Source of the DNA: an uncultured bacterium
Lineage (GTDB): Bacteria; Pseudomonadota; Alphaproteobacteria; Rs-D84
Assembly: GCA_950096895.1 (NCBI GenBank)
Contig: CATNBF010000001.1
Location: forward strand, 20,853-84,852
DNA length: 64,000 bases
Direction: 5' to 3'
Position numbers and translations under genes: made by a program. The notes under the pieces were generated by a model, which made no database searches, was not told the origin of the DNA, and saw only the letters and a list, made by a program, of their open reading frames with translations. This document shows, piece by piece, positions 57,899 to 64,000 of the stretch (position 1 is its first letter; the number at the start of each line of letters is the position of its first letter).

Positions 57899-58570
57899 CT
57901 ACTTTACCTTGGCCAGGCGGGCATTCTGGACACAGGCATACCATCTATCATCTCTGACTGTATCAATGTGTATGTCCATTAATTTTCCCAATGTGCGCCC
58001 ATGCGCCCAGCATGATACCAAGATGCGTACAGCCCAAAAGAAAGAATTATTGGACATCGTGCCTGTATCTGCCGCGTCACTGGTTCGATCAATTAGTTTC
58101 TTGGTTAATTTCTTGCCTGCTTTCATTTCTATTTGCATTAATTTTGCCCATTGTTCCGCATAACGAATGGTCATCGCACTATACATATCAGAATCATTCT
58201 GTTTTTTATACGCCGCATAGAAATACGGATATGTAACCTTAAATTCTTCATGCGCAATGGTGTCCAAAAAGATTTTAACCCGATGCTGCTCTTTCAAATC
58301 GCGCAATTTGTCACGCATTTGATTTTTTCTTGCGACGTCAGAATTCTGGTACAAATAACATTCATAATCATACTTTCTGTGATAATTATTAAGAATTTCT
58401 GATACACTCATGCCTGGGGTTACATTGATCAAAATATCATTAAATTGAAATTTGACCAGGCGATTTTCTTTGCACGCCTGACCCAGTGCCTGCTTGGCCC
58501 ACGTCTCAATATCCGTTCCAAGAAAATCACAGCTTGACATAAGGCGCGGCTTGTAATTAAATTTTTTCAT
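57899..58570 (-). CDS. hypothetical protein in a visibly AT-rich segment between tRNA-Ala and tRNA-His
   Basis: 223-aa ORF with no motif I recognise. It is followed by its own terminator (aaaaaccggccataatgccggttttt, 57855-57879). Confidence 0.45.
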   Translation of the reverse strand: MKKFNYKPRLMSSCDFLGTDIETWAKQALGQACKENRLVKFQFNDILINVTPGMSVSEILNNYHRKYDYECYLYQNSDVARKNQMRDKLRDLKEQHRVKIFLDTIAHEEFKVTYPYFYAAYKKQNDSDMYSAMTIRYAEQWAKLMQIEMKAGKKLTKKLIDRTSDAADTGTMSNNSFFWAVRILVSCWAHGRTLGKLMDIHIDTVRDDRWYACVQNARLAKVK

Positions 58571-58737
58571 TTCGACATCCTATTTGTTTTCATTAATAGT
58601 TAGCTTAACATCAAATGAAATATATTACAATTTTTATTTTTTATAAATAAAGTATCTAAATAATGTATCATGGCTGAGCATAACATAGAATTTCTGCTTG
58701 CAAATCATAAAATATCCTATATACTAACCTGACGTAT

Positions 58738-58815
58738 GGCGGGCGTAGCTCAGTTGGTTAGAGCACCGGTTTGTGGTACCGGTTGTCGCCGGTTCGAATC
58801 CGGTCGCCCGCCCCA
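58738..58815 (+). tRNA. tRNA-His (anticodon GTG, encoded G-1)
   Basis: g-gcgggcg-ta-gctc-agttggtta-gagc-a-ccggt-TTGTGGT-accgg-ttgtc-gccgg-ttcgaat-ccggt-cgcccgc-c-cca. Confidence 0.9.
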
Positions 58816-59235
58816 TTAAAATTAAAAGCCCGCCTTGTGCGGGGTTTTTATTTTAATTCTGGACGGTGTCGGATGAGAACCGACCGGTTCGACAACGTAG
58901 TTATCGAGAACAAGCCCCTGCGCCGTTCGAGATATACGCAGTGGAAAGGGACCCGCCGCATACGCGGTGGGAATTACAATCCGGTCGCCCGTCCCATAAT
59001 AAAAGACGCCGTATGGCGTGTTTTTTTATGGGATTGCGGCACCGTGAAGAGAACCGGCCGGTTCGACTACGAGTAAGCGAGACAAGCATCGCGCAGTCGA
59101 GTGCTAACGAGTGGTGCGCGCGCAACGCAGCGCGAACAATACGAAGATATCATGCAATGCATGATATCGAAGGTACCCGGTCGCGACAGCTCATAATAAA
59201 AGACGCCGTATGGCGTGTTTTTTTTATGGGATTGC
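58796..59235 (+). repeat. tRNA-His-linked tandem element (two diverged units)
   Basis: The tRNA 3' end aatccggtcgcccgcccca recurs at 58978-58996 with one mismatch and in degenerate form at about 59174-59193. Modules lie at 58861-58977 and 59037-59172. The terminator taataaaagacgccgtatggcgtgttttttt is duplicated. Confidence 0.8.
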
Positions 59236-59249
59236 AGGTATTGACTGCA

Positions 59250-59278
59250 TAAAAAAACACAGGGCAATGCCCTGTGTC
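59250..59278 (-). terminator. fabZ intrinsic terminator
   Basis: Minus strand reads cacagggcattgccctgtgttttttt. Confidence 0.7.
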
Positions 59279-59285
59279 CGTATTC

Positions 59286-59723
59286 TTATTTATCTTGGAC
59301 ATCCATAATGGCGGTAAATGTTGCCTCTGCGACTTTTTTATCGCCCACCATGGCGACCCCATGAAATTTATACAGGCGCATTTTTGACATGACCAATTCG
59401 ACGTGTAATTCCAGCACATCACCCGGCATAACCATATGGGAAAACTTGATCTTTTCCATTGTGGTAAAGTACCCCAGTGCACTGCCGTCTGTGATTCCCA
59501 AATTCATCAATGCGATAAAGCATGCGGTTTGGGCCAAGGCTTCGACCTGTAAGACGCCGGGCATAATGGGTTTTCCCGGAAAGTGACCGGCGCACCAGAA
59601 TTCATCATCACGTACATAATGAATACCAACACCTGATTTATCATCAAATTCACGAATTTCATCAATCAGGCGCATATGGCCGCGATGCGGAATAACTTTT
59701 TCTATTCCTTGTGCGTCTATCAT
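59286..59723 (-). CDS. fabZ: 3-hydroxyacyl-ACP dehydratase FabZ
   Basis: ..IPHRGHMRLIDEI.., ..CAGHFPGKPIMPGVLQVEALAQ.. The start is moved to MIDAQG. Confidence 0.9.
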   Translation of the reverse strand: MIDAQGIEKVIPHRGHMRLIDEIREFDDKSGVGIHYVRDDEFWCAGHFPGKPIMPGVLQVEALAQTACFIALMNLGITDGSALGYFTTMEKIKFSHMVMPGDVLELHVELVMSKMRLYKFHGVAMVGDKKVAEATFTAIMDVQDK

Positions 59724-59748
59724 AATTTTATTCTCCTTTGCTTTTATT

Positions 59749-60789
59749 TTACTTTGCGTTTTTACGCAACCACGCATAATGACGCATAAATTCAATTCCT
59801 GGGCCCGCCGGATACCCCATATATCGGGCCCCTGGGGGCACATCACGCATCAGACCGCTATTTGCGCCCACCTCTGCATCATCACCGACCTTGATTCCAT
59901 TGGCAATACCAACATGTCCTGCCAATAAAACACGATCCCCAATAACTGCACCCCCGGCAATCCCAACGCCAGAGGCCAGAAAACATTCAGCCCCAATGAC
60001 CACACCGTGCGCCACCTGGCACAGGTTATCAATCTTGGTTCCATTGCCCACACGCGTATCGGTCAAGGCACCACGATCAATACACGTATTGGCCCCCACC
60101 GACACACGATCCCCCAGGACAACACGTCCTGTATGCGGAATAAAGACATTATGACCATCTTGACGGGTATAACCAAAGCCATCTTTGCCAATAACTGCGC
60201 CGGCGTGAATTATACAATCGGCCCCGATTGTTGCATTTTCAATGTGCGCCCCAGATTGAACAACTGTGCCCCGCCCCAGTGTAACATGACGCCCGATATA
60301 GGCCCCAGGATAAATTTTAACATCTGGTTCAATCACTGCGCCTGATTCAATCGTGGCAAATTGCCCAACATAAACCGTTTTTTTCTGGCGAAAAAAGACA
60401 CCACGGGCCACAACCGCCCGACGCGAGATCCCAAATCGTGGCGGTTCACGATACAATTCGCCCAAGATTTTTACAATATTTCCCCGGGGCGTATCGGTAA
60501 TCAACAATGTCGCACCGGCGGGTGCATCATTAACCTGGTCCGGCTGTAATAAAATAACACTGGCACGGGTATGACGCAAAACATCGATCGGCAATATTTT
60601 GAATGCCGCACTGTTTTGTTCTGTTGAATAAAACGCCAGCTGGCCCGCACGTGCATCGGCAATGGGGGCCACCCCACGCACAACCACGCCCGCATCCCCA
60701 CGCAGGGTCAAACCAAACTTTTCTGCCAATTCACCGGCCGTAATTTCTGTTCCCGCCGGTGTAAAAAAGGAACGTAAGAATTTAAGCAT
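59749..60789 (-). CDS. lpxD: UDP-3-O-acylglucosamine N-acyltransferase
   Basis: Left-handed beta-helix hexapeptide repeats. lpxD-fabZ gene order is present. 346 aa. Confidence 0.88.
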   Translation of the reverse strand: MLKFLRSFFTPAGTEITAGELAEKFGLTLRGDAGVVVRGVAPIADARAGQLAFYSTEQNSAAFKILPIDVLRHTRASVILLQPDQVNDAPAGATLLITDTPRGNIVKILGELYREPPRFGISRRAVVARGVFFRQKKTVYVGQFATIESGAVIEPDVKIYPGAYIGRHVTLGRGTVVQSGAHIENATIGADCIIHAGAVIGKDGFGYTRQDGHNVFIPHTGRVVLGDRVSVGANTCIDRGALTDTRVGNGTKIDNLCQVAHGVVIGAECFLASGVGIAGGAVIGDRVLLAGHVGIANGIKVGDDAEVGANSGLMRDVPPGARYMGYPAGPGIEFMRHYAWLRKNAK

Positions 60790-60892
60790 AGATCGATTAT
60801 ACGCATAAATAATTGAAATTCAAAGCATAAAATGCCCCACCCCATGGGACGATATTCCGCATATAAAAAATCCGCCCAATGGGCGGACCATC

Positions 60893-61135
60893 TTATTTTT
60901 TCTTTTTCGTCGACTTTGCGGTTGTTTTTTTTACAGAACGCGGTTCAGATGCATTTTTGAATTCTTTGTACAATAATTCAATGCATACATATGCCACCAT
61001 CGCCGATGCCGCCGTTATTAATCCCGGCAATAAACCATCAGAAAAGATCGCAAACAGCACAATCGCCACCGCCAGTGTAACAGTGTATGCGATATTACGT
61101 GCCAACACGCCGACAATTTTATCAAATGTTTTCAT
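60893..61135 (-). CDS. small membrane protein with a Lys-rich tail
   Basis: 80 aa with two hydrophobic helices and C-terminal KKTTAKSTKKKK. It has its own terminator at 60865-60889. Confidence 0.4.
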   Translation of the reverse strand: MKTFDKIVGVLARNIAYTVTLAVAIVLFAIFSDGLLPGLITAASAMVAYVCIELLYKEFKNASEPRSVKKTTAKSTKKKK

Positions 61136-61246
61136 GTGTTCCCCTTTGTTCTTGAAACGTTTTTATTATATCAGAAAAAAGTCCGTTTGAAAACGACAAA
61201 GAAAAAGACCGACAATGTCGTCGGTCTTTTTAAGTTCTTTGGTAAT

Positions 61247-61957
61247 TTATAACATCACTTGGCCACCCAAACGCGCCGATGACGGAATGGGCCCAAACGA
61301 TGAATTACGATTAACATAGATATTGCCAGTGACGACAAAATCCCCGCAAAACTTTAACATACCAACATCACGCAAGAACAGATTGCCGTTAATATATGCC
61401 CCACATGGCAACGTGTATTGACGCATATTTTGCAGATAAACATTGCCCGACACACGTACACCCGGCGTTAACATCGTATCACCATAACGTTTGTCCACAA
61501 TAATATCCCCATACATATCATATACCACCGCCGCAGGTTCAGACCGCACAACCGTCACATCTGATTCTGGGATATCTGGCGATGCCGGCATAACATGATT
61601 CCCCCGGCGCGCCCGAACATGTTTGGGGGCCGATGTATCTGTCACAGTAATCTGGGGACGTGGTGTTGATTTAACAGATTCGGCCACATCTGAATTAACA
61701 ACCACAACCGTTTTGGGGGCCGGACGCGTTAAATCCAAAATCAACATGGAAAATAAAACAATAATCGCCACTAACAGGGTTAAATTCACCATCGCAATTA
61801 AATCAATACAACGTAACCATGCCCATACCGCATGCACAGGACGCATAACCATATCACGTACACGACGTGGTTGCGGGTTGGATTTGCCGCGCATGGCACG
61901 TGCCTTGGCGCGTTCAACACGATGCTGGGCGATCTTCATTCTTAATTGCTTGAACAT
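61247..61957 (-). CDS. membrane-anchored protein with a C-terminal GN(I/V/L)(Y/F) repeat region (bactofilin-like?)
   Basis: Basic N-terminus, one TM helix, and a C-terminal region GNVYLQN..INGNLFLRD..VVTGNIYVNRN. Confidence 0.4.
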   Translation of the reverse strand: MFKQLRMKIAQHRVERAKARAMRGKSNPQPRRVRDMVMRPVHAVWAWLRCIDLIAMVNLTLLVAIIVLFSMLILDLTRPAPKTVVVVNSDVAESVKSTPRPQITVTDTSAPKHVRARRGNHVMPASPDIPESDVTVVRSEPAAVVYDMYGDIIVDKRYGDTMLTPGVRVSGNVYLQNMRQYTLPCGAYINGNLFLRDVGMLKFCGDFVVTGNIYVNRNSSFGPIPSSARLGGQVML

Positions 61958-62199
61958 AATATTTTGGCCTTTTTTTATTTATTATGTCCAAAATATAATA
62001 TTTGTCAAACAAATTGTCAAGTAAATTTGTCAAAAAAATATAAAATTCAATAAATACTTGATTTTTATGAATTGAATCTATAAAATCGGTGCGCTGGGTA
62101 ATCAGAACTGATTAATGCAGACGGTGCAATTTGGTCCCGTTTGATAATAAGGCTTCTGTTTCTTGCCTGGCACCAAAAAACCAAACAAAGGATATAAAA

Positions 62200-62832
62200 A
62201 TGGCAAGAGCTGGTGCAAAACGCAGCACACGTAAATTAAAGATTAGCCGCCGCCTGGGTGTTAACCTGTGGGGCCAGGCGAAATCCCCTATTAACAAACG
62301 GAAATATAAACCGGGTCAGCATGGGCCAACATCACGTGGTGGAAATTCTTCTGATTACGCCAAACAGATGCGTGCCAAGCAGACATTAAAAGGTTACTAT
62401 GGTAACGTTGGTGAAAAGAAATTCCGTGCATATTATTTAGAAGCAGCCAACATGAAGGGTGACACCCCCGATAACTTGATCGGTTTGTTGGAACGTCGTC
62501 TGGATGCGGTTGTATACCGTGCAAAATTGGCCCCGACGGTCTTTTCTGCCCGCCAATTGGTCAGCCACGGCCACATCTATGTTAACGACAAACGCGTCAA
62601 GATCGCTTCTTATCAGGTTAAACCAGGCGACGTCATCACGGTCAGCGACAAGGCAAAACAGATGCCGTTGGTTGTTTTGGCACTGGAATCTGCAGAACGC
62701 ACAACACCGAATTACATCACGGTCGACAGTGCAAACTTTGTGGCGACATATGTACGTGTTCCGTCTTTCGAAGATGTCCCCTATCCGGTTCAAATGTCAC
62801 CGGAATTGGTCGTCGAATTCTATTCACGTTAA
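62200..62832 (+). CDS. rpsD: 30S ribosomal protein S4
   Basis: [25 protein letters not shown].. The start is placed behind an AAAGGA SD. Confidence 0.95.
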   Translation: MARAGAKRSTRKLKISRRLGVNLWGQAKSPINKRKYKPGQHGPTSRGGNSSDYAKQMRAKQTLKGYYGNVGEKKFRAYYLEAANMKGDTPDNLIGLLERRLDAVVYRAKLAPTVFSARQLVSHGHIYVNDKRVKIASYQVKPGDVITVSDKAKQMPLVVLALESAERTTPNYITVDSANFVATYVRVPSFEDVPYPVQMSPELVVEFYSR

Positions 62833-62835
62833 TAA

Positions 62836-62865
62836 TTATCCCGGGTATATCCCGGGATTTTTTTC
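62836..62865 (+). terminator. rpsD intrinsic terminator
   Basis: ttatcccggg-tatat-cccgggattttttt. Confidence 0.75.
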
Positions 62866-63123
62866 ATGCCAAAATCAACAAATGCGTTTTTTCTTGCATT
62901 TACAGACCGATTGAGTATCATAAATACGGTTTTGAGAGAGAAATTGGATATCAACAGGTATTCGATACAAGATAAATTACACCCCACGCGTCATATGAAT
63001 AATACAACACAAATGGGGTAAATGCCCGCGTTGCCACGGATTCACTACGAATAAAGAATATTCTTTATTGGCAATGGATTGACGTGGCGACGCGAAATAT
63101 AAAACCATAGACAAAGGATAAAA

Positions 63124-64000
63124 TATGGTAAAAGTACGTGACAAGGCGCAACCTGCGCCAAACCCGATGGTGGCCCCGGCCCCCGCACAAAACAGCGCAC
63201 CGCGTCATGAAAAAAAGCGGTCCCGCAATACGCCCAAGACCCCAGAAAAAATTTCTGGAATGCCGACCGCAGAAAACGATAACAACGACGAAAAAATTTA
63301 CTTTATGGCATTGGGTGGTCTGGAACACGTCGGCCAGAATATGTACGTTTATAAGTACAAAGGAAAATACCTGATTGTTGATTGCGGTATGGGATTTCTG
63401 GAAGAAGAAATTGGTGCCGGCGATGTTCAATATTGTGACACATCATGGTTGGAAAAGCGAAAAAAAGACGTGGTTGGCTTTGTCATAACCCACGGCCACG
63501 AAGATCACATTGGTGCGTTGAAATACATCTGGCCGAAATTCAGAAAGCCAATTTATTGTACCCGTTTCCCGGGCGAAATCATTCGCCGCACATTCGAAGG
63601 CTGTGAAATCGATTTCAACCCGAAAAAAGACATTATTATCACCGATCATAATGGCGATTCTTTTGATATCCCACCGTTCCAGATCGAAACATTCCATGTT
63701 ACCCATTCCGTACCAGAGGCACAGATGGTTATCATCAAAACCCCGGCGGGCAAGATCTTGCATACAGGTGACTGGACATTTAATGATGACAATCCACTGG
63801 AACCGACCACAGACTTTGCGCGTCTGCGTGAAATCGGATCCGATCCGAAATTGCTGGCGGTGATGTCGGATTCGACATCCATCTCGCGCCAGTCGAAACA
63901 AACGACCGAAATCGAAGTTCGTGATGCCTTGACCGAAATTATGAAAAATGCCCCAGGCCGCATCATTGTAACGGGGTATTCGCGATCAATCGCGCGTATC
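63124..64000 (+). CDS. rnj: ribonuclease J (5' partial, runs off the window)
   Basis: This frame is open from ATG 63124 to the window end and is absent from the supplied track because it has no stop. My translation contains ..FMALGGLEHVGQNMYVYKYKGKYLIVDCGMGF.. and VITHGHEDHIGAL (MBL/beta-CASP). AAGGA SD. Confidence 0.8.

Noticed and set aside
58771-59252. ORFs 58771-59076 and 58866-59252 across the tRNA-His repeat region
   Set aside because: For the same reason: they start inside or next to tRNA-His and read through terminators and repeat modules, with no SD and no frame conservation between units.

Overview
This window looks like an alphaproteobacterial chromosome segment: compact, moderately AT-rich, and probably host-associated. 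Most of it is housekeeping: tilS-ftsH, groES-groEL, rpsB-tsf, ligA, rpsF-rpsR-rplI, alaS, trpS, frr-uppS-cdsA-rseP-bamA, lpxD-fabZ, rpsD, rnj, a class A PBP, an M23 peptidase, prmC, hupB, and four tRNAs (Gln, Arg, Ala, His). Accessory content includes an alpha-2-macroglobulin/PbpC pair, an S8 protease autotransporter, a small serine recombinase, a MotA/MotB-like stator pair, an orphan VirB11-like ATPase and several lipoproteins. Two observations stand out. (1) Three paralogous Cys-rich secreted-protein loci share a promoter, a leader hairpin and 19-22 bp inverted repeats that bracket a 43-50 bp cassette. At the one intact locus the cassette is the reverse complement of the cassette at the two decayed loci. 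This fits a multi-locus DNA-inversion (phase-variation) switch that flips an SD+ATG cassette and creates or removes a leader terminator. The serine recombinase 5.6 kb away is the candidate invertase. (2) Three different tRNA genes (Gln, Arg, His) are each followed by tandem copies of a homologous unit, exactly 164 bp at two of the loci. Each unit contains that tRNA's own last ~20 nt, a terminator hairpin and a conserved structured module. I cannot assign this mini-element or ncRNA family to a known class. No CRISPR array, rRNA or intact IS element was seen.
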